IMG/VR virus record: IMGVR_UViG_3300037010_003037 | Coordinates: 32,001 to 96,000 of that record | Source of the DNA: a virus | Reading direction: 5' to 3' (one strand) | Length of the DNA: 64,000 nt | In this document: positions 1-9,825 of the stretch, one piece after another | How the letters are laid out: the number at the start of each line of letters is the position of its first letter | How positions within the stretch are numbered: the stretch's first letter is position 1 | Notes under the pieces: model-generated | The model's input: only the letters and a program-made list of their open reading frames with translations | What the model was told of the DNA's origin: nothing | The model's database searches: none | Program-made: the position numbers and the translations under genes

Positions 1-177
1 GCGCAGCAGCTTATGGAAGCTGATCGATATGCTAACATCGCAGAAACCAAAGACACATGTGCTATTTGTAGCTTCTGGAGCACCTTTTGGTTTCTACTGC
101 AAGATCATCAGTACGAAAAAAATTCTCTCTACTTTCTTATTTGTGATCTTGCAGAAGGTTCATACCTTATCAGGTAA
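1..177 (+). CDS. 3' end of a hypothetical protein (truncated by window start)
   Basis: Frame 1 is open from base 1 (AQQLMEADRY...SYLIR) to TAA at 175-177. Confidence 0.4.
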   Translation, partial: AQQLMEADRYANIAETKDTCAICSFWSTFWFLLQDHQYEKNSLYFLICDLAEGSYLIR

Positions 178-246
178 TAATCTTACTTTTGACTGAGCAG
201 TGTTTAGTTCATTATACTACACGCCGTTAAGATGTGTGGACAAAAT

Positions 247-1512
247 TCAAAATATCTTAAAACCATCAGGTAACCATTTTTTAAGATCAAAATCATAACC
301 TAAAATGACCCGTATGGTTGATAGCATGTGTTCATAGTAAATGTCATCTTCTTCATGATGTTTAATTTGGTAAACAATAAAGTTTATTAATTCTTGGAAT
401 GCTTTCTTATCTTTATAGATGTGTTCAACGTATTCACGATCATGTGTAATGATAAAAAGCACTTGGTCATTAGAATAACCATAGCTCTTTTTAGCTAATT
501 CTATCAATTCCATTGGTTCAAACTTAAGAAATACTTTTTTGCATTCTTTCAATAATGAAACATATGTAACGTGTTTAGGGTTATTAAAATAATCAAACAG
601 TTCAATCAAACCATTCTTAATGGTATCGTTAAGCTTTATGTTTGATTTAGCAAAGCTTCTATTAATCCAATCAACAATTTTAATTGGATGTTTAGCGAAT
701 GCTTTACGAACATTTTCAAAGATTTTAGCTAACAAATCATTTGTAAGCTTCTTAGGGTCAATCAGCTCAATAACACCCCATTTTTTAGCTTCTTCGTCAA
801 AAATCTTGTAGAGAACTGGGTATTTGTGTGCAAGCTCACTTAGATCAACTGGTTGATCTGCCGCATTCATGAATTGGTCTGTTGCAAAATGGAACTGGTA
901 TTTCTTACCATCATCGGTAATCACAATGTACAATGGAGCCCAAGGTTTGCTGTAATAGTTAAACAGATTATCTTTATTAGCAGCAGTACACCACCGCGTA
1001 CCTTTACCAAAACACTTGCTTGCTTCTTCCGTATGCGGTATGATAACTTTAACGCCACCGCCTTCATAAAATAATTCCGCCTGTTTTTCCTTGAAGAGCT
1101 TTTCTATGTACTCACGATTTAACTGCTTGTTAGATTTTTCATCATCAGTGTTAAATGGCGCGAGCGCATCATCAAGCTCAGCGGATGATGCATACTTATT
1201 CAGATCCTTCTTTTCAAGCTTATTTCTAAGTTTCTCGAATTTTTCAATAGAGTTCTTGATCTTGCTTGCATCTTCAAGAGAGAAATCACCCTGTTGGTAC
1301 CAATTAGCAATTTTCTGAAGATGTTTTTCCGAGATGTTGTTAGCCAGATATTTTACTACCTCAGCTGCGTTCTTTAATTTTGGTTTACCAGCACCTCTGT
1401 CCAGCATGTACGCATCCCAAAGATTATCACCTTGTTTATTAGTGATATACTCTACTCTGTCTTCTAACAGCATAGAGTTAAATGATTCTGCAAATGAAAG
1501 TAGTTGGAACAT
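247..1512 (-). CDS. Hypothetical phage protein (GTRWCTAA-motif type), possibly head-packaged
   Basis: 421-aa ORF; N-terminal 'FAES...MLLED'; late-like CATAAATA upstream on the minus strand (1597-1604). Confidence 0.7.
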   Translation of the reverse strand: MFQLLSFAESFNSMLLEDRVEYITNKQGDNLWDAYMLDRGAGKPKLKNAAEVVKYLANNISEKHLQKIANWYQQGDFSLEDASKIKNSIEKFEKLRNKLEKKDLNKYASSAELDDALAPFNTDDEKSNKQLNREYIEKLFKEKQAELFYEGGGVKVIIPHTEEASKCFGKGTRWCTAANKDNLFNYYSKPWAPLYIVITDDGKKYQFHFATDQFMNAADQPVDLSELAHKYPVLYKIFDEEAKKWGVIELIDPKKLTNDLLAKIFENVRKAFAKHPIKIVDWINRSFAKSNIKLNDTIKNGLIELFDYFNNPKHVTYVSLLKECKKVFLKFEPMELIELAKKSYGYSNDQVLFIITHDREYVEHIYKDKKAFQELINFIVYQIKHHEEDDIYYEHMLSTIRVILGYDFDLKKWLPDGFKIF

Positions 1513-1817
1513 TGTTATTAGTGTCGCGAAAGATAATGTAGAAACTTATAATCCTGTGTCTCTTTAAAAACACAATATCTTTTTATATCTGTGCAATATT
1601 TATGGTATAATAATATTAGGAAAAATTTTTTAGGATGGGTTGAACTAGATTTCTTCATGCTCTGGAACTGACAACATACATTATTGATTATTGATTATTG
1701 ATTCGACCAGAATATTGATGAAACTCATTACACTGATGAGAGTCTGTAATTAGAGTAATTAGTGTTTGTAATAACTGATGCATTATATCAGCTTCATATT
1801 GTTTTTGGAGGTTTAAA

Positions 1818-3041
1818 ATGTTAACAGTGAAAATGAGAAATTTGATGATGATTGGTATTATCGCTGTATTGACAGCGTGCGGTGGTGGCGGAGATTTCAC
1901 AACAACACCAGTTGTCACAACAACACCAGTTGTCACAACAACACCAGTTGTCACAACACCAATTCCTGCATTTAAGACGAGTTATGAGAACGCGAATGGC
2001 TATGGCATGTCGCATATTAACTTTCCTGCGACAGTACAAATTGGTATTGGTCAAGTAGCGTGGGGCACTGCTGATTTCTTTAAGACAGGAAACATTGATA
2101 TCTTTACGGCAAAGCAGAATTACAACACCAGTATTCCGTATAGTGTCGTAACGCTTGATGTCAAGTATCAAAGTGATTTTCAGTTTTGGCGACGGGATCC
2201 AGCAACAGGAACGCTAACCCAAGTTGGCCCTACATACAAAGGTTGCTTGCATCCGCGTAAAGCTGTTGTTGCAGATTTTAACAACGATGGTTGGCCTGAT
2301 GTATTTGTCGCATGTCACGGATATGATGCTCCTGTCAATGGGATATGGCTTGGCGAGAAAAGTAAATTGCTGCTTAGTGATGGCAAAGGTGGATTTACTG
2401 TAACCGATGCAACTGACGAAGCAGGATTTTACCATGGAGCTACCGCTGCTGATGTGAACGGCGATGGTTGGGTAGACATAGTGGTGACAAATAATTTTAA
2501 TCTAACCCACCCTCTCTTTGTATTATTAAACAACAAAGATGGTACGTTTACAAAGGATGAGACGAGAATAAAAAATGTGACCCCGGGTCCATTTTTCTCG
2601 GTCGAACTGGTCGATGTAAATGGTGATGGTATTCTTGACCTTATTGCTGGCGGTCATGAGGCAACTCCAGATTGCACTGACTATGTAGGATGCACTGCCG
2701 AAACTGCTATTTTTTACGGGGATGCAACTGGAAATTTCGGGAATACTAAAAAAGTGATCCCAGCAGTCCCTGGGCAGGGCGTTGTATTAAGCTTTAACGT
2801 CGTGCATAGGAATGGTCAAAACGTAGTTTACGTTGGTAGAACATCAGACTCGACGAATCCCATTGGTTTTTACAAAACACGAGTTTTGCAAGCATACAAC
2901 GAAACAACTGGTACTAGTTCTGTATTGTTGAATGAAGTCGGGCAATGGATTCCATGGTGGGGCACCATTACACGTAATGGTGTAGTTGGTGTGGCACCAA
3001 TGGATGGAATATTCCCAGACTATTTTTTTAGTATCCCCTGA
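1818..3041 (+). CDS. FG-GAP/VCBS-repeat beta-propeller lipoprotein
   Basis: GGAGG RBS; signal peptide with lipobox LTA-C followed by GGGG; repeats ADFNNDGWPDV, ADVNGDGWVDI, VDVNGDGILDL. Confidence 0.85.
   Translation: MLTVKMRNLMMIGIIAVLTACGGGGDFTTTPVVTTTPVVTTTPVVTTPIPAFKTSYENANGYGMSHINFPATVQIGIGQVAWGTADFFKTGNIDIFTAKQNYNTSIPYSVVTLDVKYQSDFQFWRRDPATGTLTQVGPTYKGCLHPRKAVVADFNNDGWPDVFVACHGYDAPVNGIWLGEKSKLLLSDGKGGFTVTDATDEAGFYHGATAADVNGDGWVDIVVTNNFNLTHPLFVLLNNKDGTFTKDETRIKNVTPGPFFSVELVDVNGDGILDLIAGGHEATPDCTDYVGCTAETAIFYGDATGNFGNTKKVIPAVPGQGVVLSFNVVHRNGQNVVYVGRTSDSTNPIGFYKTRVLQAYNETTGTSSVLLNEVGQWIPWWGTITRNGVVGVAPMDGIFPDYFFSIP
1897..1961 (+). repeat. 18-bp tandem repeat (three full copies plus a partial) encoding a TTTPVV linker
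   Basis: tcacaacaacaccagttg at 1897, 1915 and 1933, partial copy at 1951. Confidence 0.95.
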
Positions 3042-3066
3042 AATATTCATCCAAGCATTTGTTACA

Positions 3067-3106
3067 AGTGTTATATCGGGCTGCGTTCGCAGCCCGATAT
3101 AACACT
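3067..3106 (+). terminator. Long perfect hairpin, probable terminator after the lipoprotein gene
   Basis: agtgttatatcgggctgcg-tt-cgcagcccgatataacact; no clear U-tract. Confidence 0.65.
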
Positions 3107-3273
3107 GTTGTATGAATACGTCTGTGTTCATTTTCCTTGTGTAGATACTAATTTGACTGTCAAGAACCTCGTTACCATGACAAGGTTCAGGTTCCAGACA
3201 CGATACCAGTAACTTAACCTGATCAGTAATTGTTACATTTTGTGATACAGTTTTCAATTGGTTACAATTTATC

Positions 3274-3303
3274 TGCACAATTTTGCTCAGGTTGTGTTAT
3301 AAT
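3274..3303 (+). promoter_or_regulatory. Sigma70-like early promoter with extended -10
   Basis: TGCACA-N18-TATAAT with TGn; AGGAG RBS downstream. Confidence 0.55.
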
Positions 3304-3338
3304 TCAATTATCGATTAAACCACAGGAGTAACGTCCAA

Positions 3339-3797
3339 ATGCTGAAACAAATCGCAAACATCATCAATATTCCCTACATCGAAAATGATCTGGTTTCTCA
3401 GACCATCTTGCAACGCATCGTTGCAAAGCTTCCAAATGGCATGACTGAAGAGTCTGATGGTTTTGAGCAAGCTGTCTTGGAAGCCGAAGCTCAAGTTGAT
3501 CAAGAAGGTCAAATGGCAATCGTTTCTTTGGTCAAGCAAATGACGGCAGAGCCTGTTGAAAAAATGCTAAAGATCAAGTCGAGCCCTAAGGGTGCTCGTG
3601 TTAAGATTGCAGCGGCAAATGGCATTCGTTTTTCATTTGGCCCTATTTGGAATGAATCTGTTAAAAAAGGCAAAGGTATTGCGGTTGCTCCTGCAAACCG
3701 CGCAAAGCTCAATCATCAAGCTTTGCTGGTTGGTATTGCTAACCCAGAAACGATGGAAGCAAGTGCTCTTTGTGCAGAAATTTCCAAAACGCTATAA
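3339..3797 (+). CDS. Hypothetical early protein, paralogue of 3916-4371
   Basis: Motif KGA(R/K)xKIA...G(I/F)xFGP(I/V)W...KxGKGIAxxPAN is shared with the next ORF. Confidence 0.75.
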   Translation: MLKQIANIINIPYIENDLVSQTILQRIVAKLPNGMTEESDGFEQAVLEAEAQVDQEGQMAIVSLVKQMTAEPVEKMLKIKSSPKGARVKIAAANGIRFSFGPIWNESVKKGKGIAVAPANRAKLNHQALLVGIANPETMEASALCAEISKTL

Positions 3798-3915
3798 AAA
3801 CACATTTTGATATTGTTGTGGTATAGTAGGTCGAATACCGCAACAATTTAGATTCGTGTCGACCAAACCGTGAACTAACACGCAAACACAATTCTTTTGA
3901 TGAAAGGAAATTAAA

Positions 3916-4371
3916 ATGACGCTGAATGAACTGATCGCCAAGTACAACGCTCTTGCTACTGTTGCTGGGCTTCCTACACGAAAGTGGTTTGAAAACAAAG
4001 CTAAAGCTGAAGCAGCTATTGCTGAAGTAGAGGCTAAAACCAAAGCAACTATCACTGAAGATAAAGCTGAAACTGAAGTAGCTATTACTGAAGTCAAGGC
4101 TGAAGAAGCTATTGCTGAATTCACGGAAAAGAGTAAGGGTGCTAAATTGAAGATTGCCAAGTCAATGAGGACTGTGAAAGTACATGAAAAAGGTCCTCGA
4201 GGCTTCAGGTTTGGACCTGTGTGGATGTCTTCAATCAAGGAAGGTAAAGGCATTGCTCTCTCGCCAGCAAACATGCCGAAACTTCTAGATACCGCAGCCC
4301 ACTTTGGGGTATCTGTTGATAACAAGGCGTCTCAAGCTGATATTGTTGCAGCCGTTGCAGCAGTAATTTAA
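3916..4371 (+). CDS. Hypothetical Ala/Glu/Lys-rich early protein, paralogue of 3339-3797
   Basis: AAGGA RBS; extended -10 TGgTATAGT at 3819-3827; shared C-terminal motif. Confidence 0.8.
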   Translation: MTLNELIAKYNALATVAGLPTRKWFENKAKAEAAIAEVEAKTKATITEDKAETEVAITEVKAEEAIAEFTEKSKGAKLKIAKSMRTVKVHEKGPRGFRFGPVWMSSIKEGKGIALSPANMPKLLDTAAHFGVSVDNKASQADIVAAVAAVI

Positions 4372-4392
4372 ATCGTGCAGTAGAGCACATAA

Positions 4393-4431
4393 TTCTAGGC
4401 CTACCTTTATCCTATAAAGGTAGGCCTAGAA
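4393..4431. terminator. 18-bp perfect hairpin between convergent genes, probable bidirectional terminator
   Basis: ttctaggcctacctttat-cct-ataaaggtaggcctagaa. Confidence 0.75.
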
Positions 4432-4752
4432 GATCTTGATTGACTCTTCTTCATCTCGAATTCCAATGACGATGTATAGATTGTTTTGTATGAGTGTCAT
4501 GAAGAAATCCGTTAGGATCTTATCATCCCCTCAGTTTAAGATTCATCATCTGTGCCAATTTTTACCATCTTTGGATTGACCATATCCCAAGCCACTGAAC
4601 CTATCGTGATGAGATATGTGTTGTAGATAAAACATGTAGTTCTTGACAAGTGAGTAAACTCGTTGCAAGTCGTTCCTTGAAGACGTTTGAAGTCATCTTT
4701 GGTGAGCTTAAGCAGCTTCCTTGTGCTCTTCAAGAAGTTCTGCTACACTCAT
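4426..4752 (-). pseudogene. Probable frameshifted gene remnant
   Basis: ATG overlaps the upstream TGA and reads MSVAELLEEHKEAA*; plausible coding text continues in other frames (LLKLTKDDFKRL...; DDKILTDFFMTL...SIKIF*). Confidence 0.4.
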
Positions 4753-5405
4753 TTCAGTTTAATCTCTAGTTTTTCAGCTAACTTGTCTTTAAAGTAGTAG
4801 TTTCTGACAGCAATGTAACTATCACCAGTGATAAGCACATCATCATACCTACCCTTAAGAACTTCTGCTAGCTCTGATGTAGAGCTAAATGATTTTGGAC
4901 GCATCTTGAGGATTTCCTCCTTCATGCGCTCTATGTCATCACCACTTCCAATTTCCCGCATCTTGAAGAACGTGTAGCCATCTTTCACGGATTCAAACAC
5001 TGTGCCAGTCCAACCGTCCTTCACGAAGATGACATAGACTGATCCCCAGGCTCTAGTCTTGTCAATATTTGTTGTGCAGAAAATGGAATTCATGCGAGTA
5101 GCCTTGAGACCAGCCGCAAGAAATGCCTGGTGCAGCTTCTGATGCGACTTCTCTTCCATTTCAACTGGTTTGCGGTCTTGATGAATCTTTGACTTGATGA
5201 CAACAGTTTCATCGCGGATTCCACGGTACAGAACTAGGCCAGTCTGTTGATAGGCCTTTAGCATCTCGCCACAGTTCTCAGTGATGATTTGAACGAGATG
5301 TTCATCATCCTTCGTGTCATCAATTTTCTTAGATTCGGGTTTGAGCACATCATGTTGTCCTTGTGCTGGATCAAACCATGCTTCAAACAGTTCTGCTACT
5401 TTCAT
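4749..5405 (-). CDS. Late hypothetical protein, possible ADP-ribosyltransferase-like fold
   Basis: N-terminal MKVAELFEA; LYRG, SIFCT and GxVYVIF motifs; TATAAATA upstream on the minus strand. Confidence 0.6.
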   Translation of the reverse strand: MKVAELFEAWFDPAQGQHDVLKPESKKIDDTKDDEHLVQIITENCGEMLKAYQQTGLVLYRGIRDETVVIKSKIHQDRKPVEMEEKSHQKLHQAFLAAGLKATRMNSIFCTTNIDKTRAWGSVYVIFVKDGWTGTVFESVKDGYTFFKMREIGSGDDIERMKEEILKMRPKSFSSTSELAEVLKGRYDDVLITGDSYIAVRNYYFKDKLAEKLEIKLK

Positions 5406-5471
5406 ATTATAATTTCACAAATGGTTACACAATTTTTGATGTTTACATTTTCAGATTCATAGTATAATTTT

Positions 5472-5479
5472 TATTTATA
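5472..5479 (-). promoter_or_regulatory. T4-type late promoter TATAAATA
   Basis: tatttata on + strand, about 70 nt upstream of the 4749-5405 start. Confidence 0.65.
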
Positions 5480-5718
5480 AAAGTAGTAAAGTGAGAAAAA
5501 TACACGATCTTTAGTCATGTGTATGAATCGCTAAACTTGTTTTTCAATATATTTTAGTGATGGTACCGATAAAATCATTTTCAATACTAGAAATAAAAAT
5601 ATATTGTCTGGTATCTAGATCACAGCACAGCCCGAGCTACTGGATACCAGAACTACAATCGCGAAATGAAAAAGAAAGATACTGCGACCTGAATGGTCCT
5701 GATTCTTACTGACATCAG

Positions 5719-5747
5719 TTTACACAGGACATCCTGCGTAATAAAAT
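5719..5747 (+). promoter_or_regulatory. Early/sigma70-type promoter of the topoisomerase large subunit
   Basis: gTTTACA-N17-TAAAAT. Confidence 0.65.
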
Positions 5748-5776
5748 AATCTACATCTAACTAACAACGAGACCTC

Positions 5777-7726
5777 ATGACAAAAGACAAGACGATTGAA
5801 CAGAAATTTCGTAAGCTATCGGAGATTGAACATTGCCTATTGAGGCCTGGACGCTACATCGGTTCAATCACGCCTCACACTTCACAGGAATACATTCCTG
5901 TTGTCAAGTCGGCAACCGACGTTTCGATGGTTCGCCGTGAAGTCACCTACAACCCTGGCTTCCTGAAACTCTTCGATGAAGTCATCTCCAACTCTGCTGA
6001 CCACTCAAAGCGGCCTGAGGGCAAGCATCTCGATACGATCCGCGTTGAAGTTGATCAATCTAAGGGCGAGATCAGCATCTTCGACAACGGCGGTATCCCG
6101 GTTGTCAAGCACGCTGAGTACAACCAGTGGGTTCCTGAGATGATCTTTGAACTTCGCGCTGGCTCTAACTTCGACGATGACGATCAAGCAATGCTTACCG
6201 GACAAAACGGTGAGGGTGCTGCTCTGACGAACATCTTCTCCCGCAAGTTCGTGGTCGAAACCTGTGATGGCAAGAACAAGTTCAAGATGATCTTTGAGGA
6301 CAACTCTCAAAATCGCAAGCCCGCAAAGGTTGAATCTGCAGCAGGTGTCAAAGGATTCACGCGGATCACATACATTCCCGACTTCGAGAAGCTGGGAATG
6401 ACTGGTATTGACCAAGACAACCTAGACATGCTCATCGCTCGTGTCTATCAAGTTGCCGCTGTAAACACACACCTAAAGGTTTACTTCAACGGGACTCGTG
6501 TGATGACGCGCTCGTTCAAGGACTACATTGAGATGTTTGTCGGCAAAGATGGTGAATACGCGTACGATGAAACTGAGCACTGGAAGGTAGGTGTAGCAAG
6601 TTCTGAGGATGGATTTCAGCACATCTCCTTCGTAAATGGTACGCACACGAAGATCGGTGGTACTCATGTTTTGTACGTGGGCATGCAGATTTGGGAACGC
6701 ATCCGCGAATACATCAAAAAGAAGCACAAGGTGGACATTAAGCCATCTGAGCTGCGTCAGCACATGACGCTGTTCATTGATTGCTCGATCGTGAATCCAC
6801 GCTATTCAAGCCAAACAAAAGACGATCTTATCACCGAGGTCAAGGACTATAAAACAAGCTGGACAGCGCCTGACAAGATGATTAATAAGATCGTCAAGTC
6901 AACGATCATACAGAACATTCTTGACTGGGCAGCTGCAAAGCAATACCAGGAAGAAATGAGAGAGCTACGCAAGCTTAATAAGGAAACTGATAAAGCTGAT
7001 CCCCGCCGTGTTGAAAAGTTTTCTGACGCCTTTGAGAAAAAAGAACGTCATAAGTGCGTCATCTTTCTGACAGAAGGAGATTCCGCTGCAAAATCTGTCC
7101 AAGCTGGGCGTGGTAAGAATCCATATATTGCAAGCTTCCCATTGCGTGGTAAGCCGTTGAACGTTCGAGAAAAAGACACAAAGCGAATTTTAGAAAACGA
7201 GGAAATCAAGAAGATTCTAACAATCATCGGTTTGAAGCTTGGTGAGAAGGTTACCTCTATCGCTCAGCTTCGATTTGGTCGCATTGCTTTCACGACAGAT
7301 GCAGACGTTGATGGAGCACATATCTCTGGGTTGCTAATGAATCTATTTGACCATTTTTGGCCGGAGTTGTTTGATCTTGGTGTCATTTGCGTATTTCGCA
7401 CTCCTTTGGTAAAAGTAATTCTAAAAGACAAGACGGTTCTGGAATTTTTCACGGAGCGCGAGTTCAAGGAATGGGAAAAGACGGATGGGCAGAAGCTAAA
7501 AGGTTGGACCCATAAGTACTACAAAGGACTTGGTACGAGCACTGCCGCCGAGTTCAAGAACTATTTTGAAAACATGGATAACTATCTGTTCAAGATTGAG
7601 ATGGCTGACAAGGAAGACAAAGATGCTATTGATCTAGCATTCAACAGCCAGCGCGCTGATGATCGCAAGAAATGGCTAGAAACTGGCGCGGCAAATTTTG
7701 AGGATTTTATCATGGAAGCTGTATGA
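5777..7726 (+). CDS. Type IIA DNA topoisomerase large subunit (GHKL ATPase + TOPRIM; T4 gp39/gp60-like, fused)
   Basis: LLRPGRYIGS, FDEVISNSAD, GQNGEG, TEGDSA, PLRGK, DADVDGAHI, YYKGLGTS. Confidence 0.97.
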   Translation: MTKDKTIEQKFRKLSEIEHCLLRPGRYIGSITPHTSQEYIPVVKSATDVSMVRREVTYNPGFLKLFDEVISNSADHSKRPEGKHLDTIRVEVDQSKGEISIFDNGGIPVVKHAEYNQWVPEMIFELRAGSNFDDDDQAMLTGQNGEGAALTNIFSRKFVVETCDGKNKFKMIFEDNSQNRKPAKVESAAGVKGFTRITYIPDFEKLGMTGIDQDNLDMLIARVYQVAAVNTHLKVYFNGTRVMTRSFKDYIEMFVGKDGEYAYDETEHWKVGVASSEDGFQHISFVNGTHTKIGGTHVLYVGMQIWERIREYIKKKHKVDIKPSELRQHMTLFIDCSIVNPRYSSQTKDDLITEVKDYKTSWTAPDKMINKIVKSTIIQNILDWAAAKQYQEEMRELRKLNKETDKADPRRVEKFSDAFEKKERHKCVIFLTEGDSAAKSVQAGRGKNPYIASFPLRGKPLNVREKDTKRILENEEIKKILTIIGLKLGEKVTSIAQLRFGRIAFTTDADVDGAHISGLLMNLFDHFWPELFDLGVICVFRTPLVKVILKDKTVLEFFTEREFKEWEKTDGQKLKGWTHKYYKGLGTSTAAEFKNYFENMDNYLFKIEMADKEDKDAIDLAFNSQRADDRKKWLETGAANFEDFIMEAV

Positions 7727-7959
7727 AAGTTATTAAATTTCTGATTGCTGTAGCGCTCATCATTTTAACAATCATTATTTTTGCGTTCGTGCAGAAAGCT
7801 GTGATGCTTTATGGACTGGTTGTTGGAATGACTGAGTTTGGTGCTAGTATTATCGGTTTAATCACAGTTGTATTCTTGTTGGTGATGTTCATTATGATTG
7901 ATCATGTAGGCGATTGGATTGTTGATCCATTTACTAATAAAAATGATAGTAAAAAATGA
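7723..7959 (+). CDS. Small membrane protein (2 TM)
   Basis: ATGA overlap with upstream stop; two hydrophobic stretches. Confidence 0.7.
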   Translation: MKVIKFLIAVALIILTIIIFAFVQKAVMLYGLVVGMTEFGASIIGLITVVFLLVMFIMIDHVGDWIVDPFTNKNDSKK

Positions 7960-8009
7960 TATGAAGATTATTGACAACATCTAAAAATAATCGATAAAAT
8001 CAAAATAAG

Positions 8010-8038
8010 TTTACACGATACATTAACCTAATTATAAT
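8010..8038 (+). promoter_or_regulatory. Early/sigma70-type promoter of the topoisomerase breakage-reunion subunit
   Basis: gTTTACA-N17-TATAAT. Confidence 0.7.
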
Positions 8039-8043
8039 TACAC

Positions 8044-9417
8044 ATGGCAAATAAATCTATTTCAAACATGACAAAACACGCTGCTGGTCGTCGAATTCGT
8101 GTTAAGCACTTTATGAACTCTGCGTTTAAGGAGTTCTCGTTGTATGACAATGTGCGGTCAATTCCTATTCTGTTTGATGGCATGAAACCATCACAGCGAA
8201 AAGCAGTATATGGCGTGCAACTTCGTGGTGAGAATGCTCCTGAAATTCAGGTGGAACGCCTTGCAGCCCAAGTTGCCGCAGCTACTGACTACCACCACGG
8301 CACAGGCTCAATGGAAGGTACCATTATTGGTATGGCGACTAACTATGCTGGCGCCAACAACATGAACCTTTTCATGCCAAATGGACAGTTCGGTTCTCGC
8401 TTGACTAAAGAAGCTGCCGCAGGTCGATACATTTTCACAAAATTCTCTCCGTACTTTCGTCAGCTCTTCAAGAAGGAGGATGACTCCATTCTTGAGAACA
8501 ACATGGTTGATGGCGAAAAGATCGAACCTAAGTTCTACATTCCTTTGCTACCGATGATGCTCATCAATGGAGCGCAAGGTACTGGAACAGGTCATGCTTG
8601 CTTGATCATGAACTATCATCCTGAACAAGTTCGGGACGCGTGCATGAAAGTTTTGGACGGTAAGAAGCTTACTAAAGGAATGTTGACACCATGGTATCGT
8701 GGTTTTTCTGGTACGATCGTTCGCAGTGCTGAAACAGGTCAAGTCATTATTACAGGCAAGCTTGAAGTAGTGAATAGTACTACTATCAAGATCACCGAAA
8801 TCCCCATTGGTGTGTATCTTGACACTTACAAAGAACATTTGACGAAGCTAGAAGATGCGGGTTTCATCAAAGATTTTGAAGACCGTTCAACTGAGGAAGG
8901 TTTTGAGTTTGTGGTAACGTGCCCCCGCAGCACAACAGCTCTTGATCATGAAGAGCTCCTCAAGAAGTTCAAACTAATCAGCCGCGATACTGAAAACCTA
9001 ACACTGTGGAATGAAAATGGAATTCTTGAGCGTTTTGAAACCGTCGAGGATATCATTGAGCGGTTCGTGGCGTGGCGAGTTGCTCGCTATGAAGATCGTC
9101 GACAGAAGCTGATTGCTGAAACCACCGAATCGATTCGTTGGATGAATGAGAAGCTTCGTTTCATTCTCTTTTACCTATCGAACGTTGATGCTTTTAAGAA
9201 CAAGAAAAAAGAAGATCTCGTCAAAATGCTTTTAGAGAACAAGTTCGAGGATTACGACCGTCTTCTTCAGATGGCAATGTGGAACCTTACCAAGGACAAG
9301 ATTGATGAGCTAAAGAAACAAATTGATGAGGAAAAGAAACATCTTGCTGGCCTGGAAGCTGACACAGCGCAGGCGATGTACAAGCGTGAATTGAAAGAAT
9401 TCAAGTACGTTTACTAA
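8044..9417 (+). CDS. Type IIA topoisomerase breakage-reunion subunit (T4 gp52-like)
   Basis: DGMKPSQRK, YHHG, GQFGSR, catalytic AAGRYI, PMMLING. Confidence 0.96.
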   Translation: MANKSISNMTKHAAGRRIRVKHFMNSAFKEFSLYDNVRSIPILFDGMKPSQRKAVYGVQLRGENAPEIQVERLAAQVAAATDYHHGTGSMEGTIIGMATNYAGANNMNLFMPNGQFGSRLTKEAAAGRYIFTKFSPYFRQLFKKEDDSILENNMVDGEKIEPKFYIPLLPMMLINGAQGTGTGHACLIMNYHPEQVRDACMKVLDGKKLTKGMLTPWYRGFSGTIVRSAETGQVIITGKLEVVNSTTIKITEIPIGVYLDTYKEHLTKLEDAGFIKDFEDRSTEEGFEFVVTCPRSTTALDHEELLKKFKLISRDTENLTLWNENGILERFETVEDIIERFVAWRVARYEDRRQKLIAETTESIRWMNEKLRFILFYLSNVDAFKNKKKEDLVKMLLENKFEDYDRLLQMAMWNLTKDKIDELKKQIDEEKKHLAGLEADTAQAMYKRELKEFKYVY

Positions 9418-9437
9418 CTTAGCACCTAATTCAACAA

Positions 9438-9809
9438 ATGGAAAATTTTTTCTATAAAACACTTGCATTTTCATTTATGCCAATGCTGCTAGCATTGCAT
9501 GCTGTCACTCAGTACAACGTATTTTTATACATCTACAGCGCGTTGTTGATTTTTACCATCATCTTCTTTTTGATTGGTATTTTTACGGTATTGCGTAATA
9601 TGGATGATGTTGAGATGATGAAATCAGCTGAAGTGACAATGCCAAAGCCATGGAAAGTGTTTGTTAGCACATTGTACAACTTTTTAGCGCTAGCGTATTT
9701 GCTATACATTAAAGCATATGCGGTAGCCTCAATTCTTGTTTTTCTTATCATTATTCTTATGGCTAGCATGGCTATGCTATGGTCAATTCGTAAAGCAGTA
9801 AAACAATAA
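9438..9809 (+). CDS. Membrane protein (about 4 TM)
   Basis: Strongly hydrophobic 123-aa ORF. Confidence 0.7.
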   Translation: MENFFYKTLAFSFMPMLLALHAVTQYNVFLYIYSALLIFTIIFFLIGIFTVLRNMDDVEMMKSAEVTMPKPWKVFVSTLYNFLALAYLLYIKAYAVASILVFLIIILMASMAMLWSIRKAVKQ

Positions 9810-9825
9810 CATAGTTTGTAAAAAA

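Noticed and set aside
1717-1760. Hammerhead ribozyme (GAAA and CTGATGA close together)
   Set aside because: Only 9 nt separate the core elements, too few for stems I and III; at most a simple hairpin
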